DNA from: Trichinella spiralis
Lineage: Eukaryota
Direction: 5' to 3'
NCBI RefSeq assembly: GCF_000181795.1
Contig: NW_003526943.1
Coordinates: 2,489,666-2,553,665 of the forward strand
DNA length: 64,000 nucleotides
A program made the position numbers and the translations under genes. The notes beneath the pieces are model-generated. The model saw only the letters and a list, made by a program, of their open reading frames with translations, searched no databases and was not told where the DNA came from. Within the stretch, counting starts at the first letter, position 1. Each line of letters starts with the position of its first letter. Positions 37,983 through 52,279 of the stretch are shown piece by piece.

Positions 37983-38097
37983 AATATATTTAAATATACA
38001 AAATTTCAATGGATGACAAAACCTCAAACAATAAAATTTTGGAATAATAAATATTTCCATTATTAATGTTACGTCACTACTATAAAGTTACCTAATC

Positions 38098-38324
38098 NNN
38101 NNNNNNNNNNNNNNNNNNNNNNNNNNNNNNNNNNNNNNNNNNNNNNNNNNNNNNNNNNNNNNNNNNNNNNNNNNNNNNNNNNNNNNNNNNNNNNNNNNNN
38201 NNNNNNNNNNNNNNNNNNNNNNNNNNNNNNNNNNNNNNNNNNNNNNNNNNNNNNNNNNNNNNNNNNNNNNNNNNNNNNNNNNNNNNNNNNNNNNNNNNNN
38301 NNNNNNNNNNNNNNNNNNNNNNNN
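38098..38324. other. Assembly gap (N run)
   Basis: Run of N. Confidence 1.
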
Positions 38325-41300
38325 AGTACTTACTGAACGACATTTAATTACTTACTAAAATAATAGTAAAAATTCAAATACTTGTAATTAAGTGAACAGC
38401 TTTATATAGTAATTACACAATAAATTTGAGAAAAGGCAAAAAACAACAGAGATACAGATAATTTTATGAAATTACTTGGCTATTACATGACAGATAATAA
38501 ACGCTAAGTTCATAGATTGTACAAAGCAGAATACCTTTAAAAATTTATCTAGCATTGCCAATAGGCTTCAATTGTGCTGAAATTCTGATGAACAAAGCGT
38601 AAATTGTGTGATTCTTAATTTAATTTAGTGATGGAATCTAATGCAAATTACTATTTTTACAAAAATGGCTTTATCAAAGTCACATTATTATTCATAATAG
38701 CATATAAACAGATACAAAAATTATGTTTTACTAAAGCAGTCACTAAATTAAGTATACTTAAAATATTTTTAAAGAAATCAATAACAATATTTTTTCTTCA
38801 CAGAAATGCTGGCGTAAAAACTCGAAATGTATATTTCACTTCATTTGTAATGTCTTGCTTTTTAATGACTGTAAATTGATCAGTAGCTGATTGGTCTGTT
38901 GACACAATAGCGCCATACAGTAGTTACATACAAACAAAGCCAACAGGTCATGACCATCTTCTCTCTTACTTTAATTGGAAGCATATTTTTAATCTTTAAA
39001 AATATGTCCAACTGTTCTTGTTTTTTTATGTTTTACATAAAATGTTCTATGCTCACCTAACATAAAAATTCACGTGCAGTTTTTACTCGAACGTCTTTCC
39101 GTCGACAGAGTGCAATAGACAGTTAACTAATAAAATATTAATTACGTACAGTAATAATTCTGTCAGCATATTATGTAGAATATGTTAAAATTCATATAGA
39201 TATAAATAAATAAGTAAAACATATATCTAAAATATTTTTAGCTTTGGTTAGCTTACTAGATCTTAAGGAACATTAATAAATCGCCAGTAAATAGTTTATC
39301 TAAAAAGCCAAATAAAAAATTTCCTTTTTTTATGATTAACCTATAAAAGAAGCAAAGTAGCTACGTAAAATGTATTATACGTATGTATATAAACAGAGAG
39401 AGTTATATATACATTATTATGCAATATTTAGAAAATCCACCAATCATGTAATTATCCTACTTGTCAAATATCAAATGACATTATAAAAAATTAAATTACA
39501 AATTAAAAGTTTTAAAGTAAAATAGAATTAAAAAATGAAACTTTTCTATCTGTGAGGAAATTACAAATGTTTATTTAAAAAATAAATAGACAAAGAAAGT
39601 CAATTATTTAATAATATACTGTGGGAAAACTTGAACAAGTCATATTAATGTGCAATTCAATAAGTACAAACTGCTTTGCTGAATTATTCATAAAATTTTC
39701 ATTACATAAATCATAACTTGATGAATAAGTTAACAAACCATTATATTAGCTGGTGAACATTTTCAATTAGGTCACAAGAGAGCTAGGACATTCGCCGGTA
39801 TAAATAAGCGGGTTAACTTCTTTCATTAAAAAAACAGCCACTGAAAAAGATAGATAATATTATCAGAAAAGGTGAATTCATTTTTTAGAAATATTTAGAG
39901 TGAATACAAAGCGAGACGTTTTTTGTTTACTTAAAATGTGCATAAAAGCTGACAGAGTATCTTATGCGACGATTAAAATGTTTGATTTAGAAAAATTAAA
40001 CTCACATTACATTAAACATCACAAATAAACTCCCGATTTCTAAGAAAATGAATGTTTATTTTTATTTTTATGATTCACTTCAATTTAATATTTTATTTTT
40101 TTAAATATATTTTATCTAAAATATCATATTGCATGTACATATGGTAACATTATACCTGATTATTTCATTGCTTACTGCCTGTACAGAACAGATGATCAGA
40201 TTCTTAATTAAACAAAAAATTATTGTAAAATTTATATTAATTCAGTTTTTAAAACGGATCATTAATTAATATTTATGTATTTTTAACAGACCCCAAATTA
40301 AATCGCTTAGTTAATAAATATGAAACAAAAATGATTTATGTTATATATCAAAATAACTTTTAGTAATTATTCAGAAATAAATACCCTGCATCTAATTATC
40401 AAAGCCTACGCATATTACTGCTCTAATATTTAACCACTGCTTCAAAAGATAATTAAAATACGTAATTTGCTCATTACCACCGATTATTTTTTTAATTTAT
40501 GCAAGAAAATAATAAAATTTTAAGCCTTCATGAAATAATATGTAAAAATAGTATAAAAACATGTCCATTAAAATTAAATCCATTTATATTTTAGAAAAAT
40601 GGCGCTTCATTGAAATAAAACAAAAATTTGGAACAACAGCTTTAGCAGATTTACAGATTTAAAAATGAAATAAGTAAATTAATATTAAAAATAAGAATTT
40701 AAAATTCTATGAATATTATAAAAACAACGCATACGAAATACATTTTCCTACTGTAATATCATAAACTTTCAAGCTAGGCTACCGTAAACTAAAGTTTACA
40801 TTGGGCCTACTGTAGTATGTGTGTGCGTGCAATTGACGTACGTTTCAAAGATCGATTTGGTATTCGATCGATATAAAAGTCCTTTCCAACGAATCGTGTT
40901 ATACGGTGAGCTTTCAGTACTATAAAATTCTGCTGACACGGCCACAGTGGTTGGCCCATTGCTGCTCTGGTTGATCACGTTTTCACCAGGAGGAGCTGTA
41001 TTTTACAGTCGGCTGACTTTTGAGCTCACTAAAAAAGTAAATAATTTACGAGTTATTTGACGTATATATCACTTATCTGTGCAATGAACACGCTTTTTTG
41101 CTTAGGATGTGCAATTCTTTGATTAGTGTACCATACTGTATTATGTATGAATGCATGCTCATTTGACACTTACTGCATCAGCGAATGCATGCACTCTTTA
41201 TTTTCATTACTGGCTTGCGTTGTTCACCTTTGTATTTTTATCGCGCATAAATTTTATTGTTTTTTCATAACTGTAAGATTTTGTTTTCTGTAAAATTTTA

Positions 41301-41685
41301 ACACTGTAAAAAATTGCAATGCTTTGATCGTTAATGCTAACATAGCAGTTTGATTGTATTGTTACTTAGCATTGCTTTATTCCAAGTTCAGCAGGTCAGT
41401 TTTTTTTGACAGTACAAACATACAGTAAGGCTGCATACGACAGTTGTTTAGGTTGGTAATGGAACAAAATAATTTCAATGCTGAGGATGCTTCGCAGAAA
41501 GAAAATCCGTCGAAAGAGACAGCACAGTTGGTTAATTTGAACAGTGCAATAGATAATGCGTAACCATATTTTTAATATTACAATTTTCATAGTAGCTTTA
41601 TTAATCGATTTATTAATAAAAAAATTAAAAACCATTTAGGAATCCATCGGATACTAATAAGGATAATTGCATCGTCTCCTCAGTT

Positions 41686-44600
41686 ATGAACAGTAAAGGA
41701 GAAGCTTTGATCTCAGAAAAATCTGACGAACCGGTTTTCAATAGTGCAAATGTTGCTGATGATGCTACATTGTCACTGGAAATCAGATCACTAACAACGA
41801 TTCATTCATGTAAAACGGTGGAAAAAACAATAAACGAAATTTCGAGTGAGAAGGCACTGCCCGGGAGCTTAAAGCCAACTGCCGTGAGAAATTTACATAT
41901 TCGAAGACGATCTTTGGATGAATTTTTCACGACTACCCAGCTCCGGCAATTCGAAACAATGATGGGTAGCCGAGAGGAGCCGGCTATGAGATTGTCGAAA
42001 GCTTTGGAATATAACAACAACGATGGAAAACAGGTGATGAATAACAGTTTGAGAAAATCCCCTTCGTTGAGTGAGAAAGCACAGAATTGTCCGACACTTG
42101 TGGCAAGTTTGAATGCATCAAGTCCAACAACAGTGTGGAAATTGAACAATGTACCATCGTCGGTCAAGAGAAGAAAATTGCAAATTCCGGGAAACAAGCT
42201 GGTGGTGCCGGTTGTAAGCCAGGCGCAAAGTACAAGCAAAAGAACATTATCAGAATCGCCTCCATCAAAGGGGATTGTTATCAACAGCTCTAATTTTAAC
42301 TTCATTCACCCAAAGATAACGCAAGGTCCAATATTCCCTCAAAATATTCCAACGGTAAGTGACATTTTTATCTTCCTAAGCTGACTTTAAATTGTTTAAA
42401 ATGTTCAGCGGTTTTCTTTTTGTTCCTGGTTTTGCTTTTGTAATCTTTTCACAGATTTGTATAATTTAAGTTTTACTTACAAAGAATAGATATATGTATG
42501 CTCAATGGGAAGTTTTAATTTTATGATAAGCATATGTGTTAAAGAAAAAAATCTTCGCCAGTGGAATTTTTAATATTTGAAAGTAAAGCATAGGTTGACA
42601 TTATCACAGCTTTTGTTTAATGGATAATATATAGTTAATGAGAAGTAAAATAAAAGTATTCAGAAATTAAAAATATTACCATTGATAAAATCTCGCTTTT
42701 TTCTGTGATTTTGTTGTATGATGTAGTCGCTTACTATAAGTACAATATTCTGCAATCAAGATTTACGCTGTAATGTTCCAGTAATGTCAAACTTTTTTCA
42801 GAAGTAATAATAATATTATTTATATATTACTTTTTATAATTTAAGCTACTAATGTTCTGTAAATTAAATTATTTTTTAATTGTAAGATTTAAAAATATGA
42901 ATTATTTATTATATTTAGTATTATTAAAGCATGCAGAATACTATATAAAGTGCAGAATTTGTGATTTTGAAAAGTATTATTGTTGCATCGGTTCACATTC
43001 TAGTCGAAACACTTTTATTTCTGTTTTTTTGTGTTGTATTCATTTGAAAAAATACATTTGTATTTTATGTGTTTTTTGCGTTATGTTTTACATTTAAAAT
43101 TAAAACTAAGTTGAATATTTTTGATAAAATATTTGTTTCTTTTAATGGTAATGGAGTCAGCATACTATAACAGTAAGAAATCAAGTATGAACTACAGTAT
43201 TAAGAGCAGATAACTTTAGTTAAATGTTGGTAGTTTAGGGAACTTTATAAAAAGTAATGAATTAAAACACATTAAATTAAAAGTTAATAATAATAAATTG
43301 TTTCTTTAGGAGATGGGAGAATTTATTAAAATGCATTTTACTCATTTAAACATTTTCTTTGACGTGTTGCTGATGTCTGTTATATCAGTTTTTAGTTGTT
43401 TTTTGTTTCAGTTTTCAAAAGAACAATAAATTTTAAAAATTAATTTTAATTAGTATTGCAAATATGTTGGTTGGTTTAAAGTACGAATTTATCTTATGAT
43501 ACATCGAATTACAAAATATTATAGACACAATTTAAAATATTGTATTTATGTATATATATACAATTTATTAATTTGGTTTTTTAATCATTTAAGTTGGTTT
43601 ATATGGTTATGAAAATTATACAAGTTTTATTAAGATTGTACTTAGTTTTCATAAGTGCGTAAGTAGATGAATTTATTCAAGAACAATGAATTCATAGCAT
43701 TTTGAAGTCATTTATTACTCATTAAAGATTCAGAGTTGTAGTATTTTATATTAAATCTGCTGTTTTCATGTATGTTTTTTGTGTTAATATTTATATGTAT
43801 ATGTATAAATTTCATTCCATTAGTGGCAATCACCTTGTTCAATATTTAGAATAGAGCACATTCTACAGTATTTGTGAATCAATGTGGTACTTATTCGATA
43901 GTTGGCCTTGTACCATCGACAAGTTCTTCAAATGGAAACCAAAAGACATCAGATAATCAAGTTGCATTGTTATCACCGCGCAAAAGTTTTCGCGTGTCTG
44001 ATTTATCTTCTAAATTGCCTATTGCACCACGTCCAGCTCAGTTCATATCTCCTGCTAACAACAGCAGTGGTTTTGGTTTACCTGGTGCCGTCAGAGCAAC
44101 TTCGCATGTTACTCATCCTGTTTTCTCTTCGCTTTGTCGAAGTCCGATTCCTGGATCCAATTCTTCGGTTTTTTATCCAGCCAATTTAGTCTTACGCTCT
44201 GGGCAGGTAATTAGTTTTAAGGTAGGTTTATGTTATTTATTTACTTCATAAGGTTATATTTGTTTTTTACCAATAATTTGTGTGCAGACATTTACATGTG
44301 CATATAGTTTTTAGTTATTGAATGTGGTTAAGTATATTTTTGTTGTTTTCGTAATATTTATTTGTGTTATGGATTATTGTAATACGATAAAGAAAGCTTT
44401 TTTACATTTAGCAACCTCTGAGAGCAGCCCATCCAAATTTGCATCCTGTAAATCGACGATTACCTTTTAATAGACCGGTAGTTAATCGTGTAAACTCTGA
44501 ATCGGGCTATGTGACGTCTAGTATTGTATTGGCATCAGTGTCATCAAATACCCACGAAAATCAGTCAAGCATTGCCAAAGCGGTGACAGAAAGTGAAAGT

Positions 44601-45858
44601 TTAAAGAAAAATGAATCATCACCAACTACTTCAGGAAACAGCCATGATCTTCTTATTAAGAATTATGTTCCACTGAAGCCTAAAGAAGCATTGCGACCGT
44701 TTTCTGATGCTCAGCAGAACGATTCCAATAGGGCTGCATCATTTTTGACTTCTCGAGATGATAGATTATGGCAAATAATCGACTCCGTTATTAAAAAAAA
44801 CCTTGCAATTTCTCAACTTAATGCTGTAGGCGGTAAAAATATTTTACGCAATGGCTCTGGAGATAAATTTTCATATCATGAATTCCTTTCTAATCCTCAA
44901 ATGGTGGCAGATCAGTTTTTTCACAGCAAAGGGCATGATGCTGAAGTTGTTGAAGAAGAAACTTCACTATCGGTGAGAAGTTTTGTATTAAAAATGGAAT
45001 CAGTTAGAAAGTAAATTTAATGTAAAAAATCAGGAAAAATTGAATTTTGAATTTTTTAGGAAATAAAGCATGTAGTCTACGGTTATGACATATTGGAATT
45101 GTACCAGTATCCTAAGGGGTATCCTGAAGTAAGCCCATATCCACAGTTTTTGCTAGATGAAGTTGCCAAATGGCGAACAATAGCTAAATTTCGTAACCAT
45201 GTGATGCCTGTTTTGTCGTTGAATGATGAAAGTGTAAAGGTGGAAGTTGAAAATGCGGAAATGGTGAAAAATGAAAATGTGGGAAAAGATCTACAAAATA
45301 GACAGCAAATAAAGGGGAAAAAACGAAAGGAAGAAGTTGATATTAAAGAGAAAGTTGAAAATGTTAAGAAGAAGAAGCTAGTCGAGTCAGAAGAAGCAGA
45401 TAATATCAACATTATGAAGCATTTGGCTGTGAAAACATCTACGTCTGCAGTTTGTGATGTTAAACCAAATTCACAGTCACCTAGAGTTGTATGTAAAACG
45501 GAAACGCAGGTGCAGTCGCCTAGTTCGAGTACAAATAGTGAACAGTTTATTGATAGTGATCCAAGAAAGTGGACTGTAAGTATTTTTTTTATTATAAAAT
45601 GGGTAATCAATGAATTAATAAGATTGTGTCATGCTATTGCTGTTTCTTTTGTTGTAGTGTGAACAGGTGAAAGCATATGTACAGACTATTTTCAAAGAGG
45701 GTGAAATTGACACCTCAGTATTTGTAAATCAGGCAATTGATGGTATTGCTTTTTTGCTGTTGAACAAAGATCACCTCGGTGAGCTGCTTGCCCTTCGTCT
45801 GGGACCCACGGTGAAGCTATTAGCTGCAATAGATAAGCTGCGTCGTTTTCAGCATTGA
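41686..45858 (+). CDS. Polyhomeotic/Scm-type (SPM) SAM-domain protein; exons approx. 41686-42354, 43850-44206, 44412-44972, 45060-45575, 45658-45858
   Basis: Long Ser/Pro/Asn-rich low-complexity body. C-terminal SAM domain DPRKWT|CEQVKAYVQTI..VFVNQAIDGIAFLLLNKDHLGELLALRLGPTVKLLAAI. HD1-like segment IKHVVYGYDILE. Confidence 0.75.
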
Positions 45859-48800
45859 TTTGATGCGTGTGATTATATTATTCACTTGTTTGAACTTAAT
45901 TTAGTAGTGACGTTTTTTTCATTTGTAAACCGACGTATTGCAAGCAATTTCCGGTTCTATTGCATTTTTTTATAAAATAAAATGCTGAAAATTTATTTCA
46001 GTAAGTACACAGTGAATGTTTGAAATTGATTTTTTGTACTGTTCTTCACTGTCATATGGTGTCAAATAAATGTCAAATTTGTCAATGAATAAAATTGTTC
46101 ATGGACATGCATTTGTACAGTATGCAATTTTAGTTACATTTTGGGGTGTGGCAAGCAAATTTGTGGATGATTATGTGATGAATTTTACAAATATTATATA
46201 TGATAATTAGATGAAGTTAAGGCATTTTAAAGCAATGAAGTTACAAGTGAATACAATACAAATAAATGATGAAGTTGTAATTGGTATGGACAACTTTTTA
46301 TGGGAATATTTCAAAATTACGTGACGTGACATTTTCTTTGTAATTCTAAGAATTTGTAGAAATTGAAAAGTTTTGGGAAATTTGTACAGACAGAACTGTT
46401 TACGAAGATTTGGATGTTTGTCATTTTAAATTATTTATAAAATCAAAAGCAAATGTTATCTCAATTTTAGAACGTTCCGTATTTGTCATGTTTAATTGAG
46501 TCTTGTTTTGGACCAGAAATGCAAAATATTGAGCATCACACACAAAGCTTGTATCATAAAGATGATGTAAATATGAATTTACATAAATATGCAAATTGTT
46601 ATAAATGGGAGAAAAATAATAGAAACGAAAGATTCTTACGTTTACTGTAGTGATTTGATAATACTTGGAAAAGATCAATAATGGAGTAGACTCTTATATA
46701 ACTATTGTACAATTAAGCATCTGCCAAAAATTAAATATTGGTGCATTTATGTATGCATGTGTCATAATTATAAACATAAATGTTCATGAAGGGAAACGAG
46801 CCTTCGTATTACTACATAAAATTGAGAAATAGGAAAAAATAGTTTTATTTTTTGCTGTTGCTAACATGGAAATAAATTTAGTTAGAGTGCATTTAATTTA
46901 ATTTAATTTAATTTAATTTGGCTAGTGACATTTTTCTTTAGCAATCTTTTGAAGTTAATTGGATACTAATTAATAAAAGAAATAAATGACAAGTAAGAAG
47001 AATGGAGTTCTATGACTAAATATAGCCCTGTATATAAGCTGTTTGCTTATTTTCAAAGTAAAGAAAAACAGCTCATATAAAGAAAACACTGATTTCCATT
47101 TTAAACGTTATTTTTGCTTACATGGCAAAGTTCAATTACGCGTTTATCGGTAACCAGCTTATTTTCTGTTAAATTTCTTTTTTAATTATTTATTTTATTT
47201 GAGAGGAGAGAATTTATTAAAAATTAAAATACGCTTGTGCTTTTCATTTATTATGTGATAAATATTGAAAACAATTTAAAAATTTCTTTGAAACTTAAGT
47301 ATAAGCATTTAATGTAATAGTAATGCCTTGATATGTTAAAGAATCACAGTAAGCAGAAATTGCATAAAATTTTGAACTCATTAAATTTTAGAATTTTTTG
47401 GAATAATTTCTGGATGCTGCAGTTTTATAAAATGTACAGTAATTTTGCAATAAAAAGTGTTGTCATCTATAAATGCAAATGGTGGAATTTAAGGAAATTG
47501 GCAGACAAAGGTAGAAGTTAACATGTTTTCATAAAAATGATGGCCATTATGAACGCAGTTTGATTGGATAACAAAATGATAACTTATTTACAAAATATCT
47601 GGACATATCGACTATCAAAAACATTTTAACAAAGTAATATACTATTCATTGAAATAATAAAGAACTAATGTATGCACATTTTCCATTATTAGTGGTAAAT
47701 TTTATTCAAAAATTGCAAATTGAAGATTTACTGTAAAATATTTTTCACAATAATCGATTTATTCTCAGCATGTAGTAGTTATAACAGTATGCTGATATGC
47801 AATGGCTAAAACAGATGGTCAAACTTGTAATTCGTTTTATTAATTCGTTAATTATGTTAATTCGTTTTTAGTGGGAAGCCTTTCTTATCAGCAGTACTTT
47901 AAGTACTGATATTTTGGCTTTATCTTGACATGCATTTATTATTGCGGATTTGTTGCAAGCAAAATATTAGTCCGATAATTTATTATTGGCTTTTCTATTA
48001 TTAAACTAATTTTCTTCATTAACATGCACCACGCATCACAGTTTCTGTAAACAAATGGAAATAATCTTATCACAAAATATCCCTTTTCATAATTTTAACA
48101 TAGATCTTTCAATTTAACTATATTTTATTTTTTAAAGAGAATTACAGTGAATAATCGGTGTTTGAAAATCCTCATACAAGAACCTCATCATTTATTTCTC
48201 AAAACTGCTGAAGCACATGCTGTTATGGCTGTTGATTTGAATGATAATGCATTCATTTCACAGACTGAATGGAATGCTCTTATGTAAAGGCTTTATAACA
48301 TTTTCATTTATATTTGGTTGTATGTATGATTCTATATTTATCTTCATAAATTGAGAATGATTCATGTAAATCATTTTTATGTTAAGAAAATGAATTGTTT
48401 GGTTATTAACTTTAGCACGATACATATGTGCAGAAGTCTTACATAACCAAGAAGGAGAAATTATGTTCACCTCTTAATCATTTTTCAAAAATTTGTCTAA
48501 AAGATGATTATTTATATCCTCATAATGCATGATTATTGTATTAAGTTTACTAAGTTGATTAGTTTTCAGAACATTTATTATACTTCATTTCATATTTAAT
48601 ACAGTATTTTTCTAATACTGTGCACATTTAAACTACAGCTATTTGCACTGGAAGGTTTATTTTCAAATTTAATAATTTAAGTAAAGCATGAAATAAAATT
48701 TATGCATTATCTTTTCTACAAATGTTTTTGTGCTTTTTATGCTATATTGTTTGCAAATGTATTGTGTATCAAAAATTGATAATAGTAATGCGTTTTTACC

Positions 48801-49723
48801 TTTTGTTTAAATTAAACATACGACGGAAAAACACATTGTTCTCGTAATTTTCTTGGAAGAACTGTTTGCGACTCACTGTTCAACCCTCTGAATTTAGCAT
48901 GCAAATTGCTTATGCTATCATTTGTTCTGTGTTTGATACTTTCGCTGTTGGATATTAAGTTTAAATTTTTAGCCGTTTTTAAATGCTGTTTTTGATGATG
49001 AAGCAAAAGAGTAATTTTGGTATGATTTGGTTTTGACTATTTTCACTCATCTCTTTCAAGATGGTTATACTACCAACTGAAAGCCAATATAAGCTACATG
49101 CTTATTGCATAAAGCACAGTATATGATCAGACAACTACTCAACACACGTAGTTTTATAGAAACACAGAATTTGAAGAAATAGACTAAGCAGAAGAATAAA
49201 CGTGAAGCTGTTTGGTTTTCAATGAATTTTTTGACCTAGATTTACCTGTCACTTGTTGCGATTATTGGTCATTGGTGATGCCGCCATGATTGATCTGCTA
49301 CTTTTTGTGACACAGAAAAGATATTCATTATTTTTATCAATAGATCTTTTATTTAGCATATTACTAATGGTTAATGGATAATGTAGGTAATGCTAAATGT
49401 CAAATGAACTGCTAAAATAATATAAATCAGTTATATTTTATTAGTATTTCTGAAATGAAGTACAAACGGATATGATTCATTAATTTTATGATTTTCAAAA
49501 AATTTGATGCATCTATTTATGTACGCTAAAAAGTATCAAGTGGTAATTTTGCTTTTTCTTATTACCTATTACTTATTATTAGTAACCAAGTTAGTATAAC
49601 TGGTAATAAAATCAGGTATTTATGTGATGAAATTGTCAGTGAAAAAATATGCATGTAAAAAAGTGTTACAAAATGATGTGAAGAAGTGAATTATAATGAA
49701 TACTTGAGCTGAAATGGTAAAAG

Positions 49724-51032
49724 CTATGGGTCTTGAGGTTTAGGCACCACGTCATCAGGCTTCTGCTCTTTATCCTTCTTTTGTTCTTGATCTGTAGGTG
49801 TTTGTTCTTGCTGTTTGTGTTCTTGCTGTTTTTCCTCTTGCTGTTTTTGCTGAGGTTCCCAGTCCAGCGGAACGTCTTCTAAGCCCATTCTTTTATTTAT
49901 GGCGTTCAAATTTTCGTAGCATAGCTCATAATTTGGTTTATCAGTATAGCCAAGCGTTTTCAAATGTTCTCCAATATTGCAAAATTCTTCAGGACAATTC
50001 TTGCAAAATTCTTTTATGTCGTTTAGCGCTATTTCCTTAACATTACTGTACTCTTCCAGTTGTTTAGGAAGAGGAACATGCTGGAATAATTTTTCTTCAA
50101 TGTACGTTCAGCATGTAGAAGTTATTAAATTGCTTACTTTTGGTGGAACGTAGCCTTTCCAAGCTATGGTACCTGTACTGAGGCGGATCATCATAAAGAA
50201 CCATGACCAGACGTCATCTTTACGACATTGTTCTTCCCCTCTAAGGGCATCCACGGAAGCGAAATAAAGGGTTCCTCGAAAGGCGCATCTTTCACGTGGG
50301 CGCCGCAGGGTTCCGTCATCTTTTACATATTTTCTGCACATGCCGAAATCAAGTAAATAAACTTTCCTGTAATCTGGCGCACGACCAATTGCAAAATTTT
50401 GCGGTTTCACGTCTCTGTGCAAATATCTACAAAGGATAAAATTAAAAAGTGAAAGACAGACACTATGATACTTTTTGCAAAATATTCACCCGCATTCGTG
50501 CAAATCTTGCAACGCTTCCAAGCTGTTCAGCGCTAAGAAAACGCTGCTTCTGACGCTAAATTTTGGTCTCTCTTTACCAGCGGATTTACGTCGCAAAGAA
50601 TTGAGGACGGTGAAAAAATTTTCCCCAACCAACGTCATAACAATGTAGCAAAATGTTGCATTTTTGCCTGCGCCGACAACTTTGCATACATGCCGATCAT
50701 TTAGTTTATTCAGCTCCATCATGACTGTCATTTCAAATTTCAAAATTTGCATTTGCTGAGCAGCCATCTCAACCTTAATTGTAGAAATGAAATAATCAAT
50801 GAACATTGAAAATGATAAAACGAAATAAAATTTTGCTCTTTAAACATACTTTCATCGCATTGATGCTGTTCGTTATGGCGTCTTTGACTTGGTAAACTGA
50901 TGCGCAGCCTCCCATTCCGAGCAGTTTTTCCACAATCCAACGCTCATCGATACAGTCGCCAGGTTTGAAATTTTCCACTTTGCTTTCTTGATCACTACTA
51001 CCCATTAAATCTTTGTTTCGAACAAGTTGCAT
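49724..51032 (-). CDS. Tau-tubulin kinase / casein kinase 1 family Ser/Thr kinase; 4 exons (start 51032 or 51005)
   Basis: LGMGGCASVY, AMK|VE, YIVMTLVGEN, LHRDVKPQNFAIG, YLLDFGMCRKY, FRGTLYFAS, RKDDVWSWFF, PNY, PLDWE; Gln/Glu/Lys-rich tail. Confidence 0.92.
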
Positions 51033-52279
51033 GAAATAGCGTGCACTCCGCACTACTGTTCAAAACAAAACAACACTGAATCGAAAAGCTGAAATTCATA
51101 AATTAAAGAAAATGTTTTAATGTAGTTGTTTTAATTTTTAAACAATTTAAACTGTTGCCATTCATGTTTAAAATACATACAGTATTTCTTCATTAAATAC
51201 ATTAGAATTTAACTTTAAACCATTAGTTAAAATTTAAACAAACGTTTCTTCAAATGCTACATTCAGAATTTTTAACATTTGGCTTTGAAATGTAAGGATG
51301 CATCATAAAATTTGGAACTTGAAGAGTAATGTTTTATGCATGTACTTCATTCGATTAACAACATTGTCCATTGCAGAGTTTTGAAGGTTTCCTAAACTGC
51401 TGTGAAGCCATTCATTTTAAATAGTTTTTTTTTGATAACCCAGTTTTAAAATTTTAAGCTCAACTGAATTGTCAGTTATGAAAAAAAATTTCCAAAGTTA
51501 TAAAAAAAATCTGCTTTTTGTTTTTCAAAGTTGGTCAGTTATGTTTGAAATAGAAAGAGTTTTTTCGAAAGCTTTGAAAGAATTCTTGAGCATAACGTCA
51601 GTGCTACTTCAGCATTGCAGCTTATTTTTAGTGCAACTTCTTTGTCAGATAATTTAAGAATGATTTTAAAAAATGTATCATCTTTCAGAATTTGCTTTAA
51701 ACTTTTAACTGTTGACATAATTTTGAAGACTGTTATTTAACATTAGAATGTAAAAATGAAAAAAATCCCTACTCTCAAAAACCAATTAATTCACATCATT
51801 TATATTAACGGATCATATGTGCATGTGAACAGCTGGTTGTAGGCCATCTTATAACTTATACATTACGATGTTTAAGCGTAGCTCAGTTTAACCAGGCGTT
51901 TTAGAATAATTAGCAGTTTATGCATTTGTTATTTTCTATTTTTCAGAACAATCTTTTCATTCAAATAAAGTTCAGTTGATTAAATTAGCAACGAAGCGTT
52001 TATTTTAGTTGAACCTTTTTTATCGCCATACTTTTGCTTACGTCATTCAATTGCAAGCTTTGATTCAAATTTATCGATTTTAATGTTTGTAATTGAAAAA
52101 TTTCATTTTCATCTAAACAGAAAAAATTACATGATAATTACAAAGTAGTTATCATGTAAATTATAATATTATGGTTGACAGTCGTTTGAAAAGTGCGACT
52201 GTCATGGAAGCACCAATGATAGATAATTTATGAACAGTTTTTAAGTTTATCCCCTTTTTGAAAGTAAACGAGTGGCATA

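Larger units (their letters stand above)
36884..38097. repeat. Large imperfect inverted repeat (arms of about 245 bp): left 36884-37130; right 37275-37399 plus 37988-38097, interrupted by a solo LTR
   Basis: The reverse complement of 37275-37399 aligns to about 37005-37130, and that of 37988-38097 aligns to about 36884-37005. The centre and the right outer end fall in N gaps. Confidence 0.8.

Noticed and set aside
38092..38343. 83-aa poly-X ORF
   Set aside because: Artefact of the N gap.
46891..46919. (ATTTA)n run and other short microsatellites such as (TA)n near 31735
   Set aside because: Ordinary simple repeats in AT-rich DNA. No CRISPR-like repeat-spacer array, tRNA or rRNA was seen in the window.
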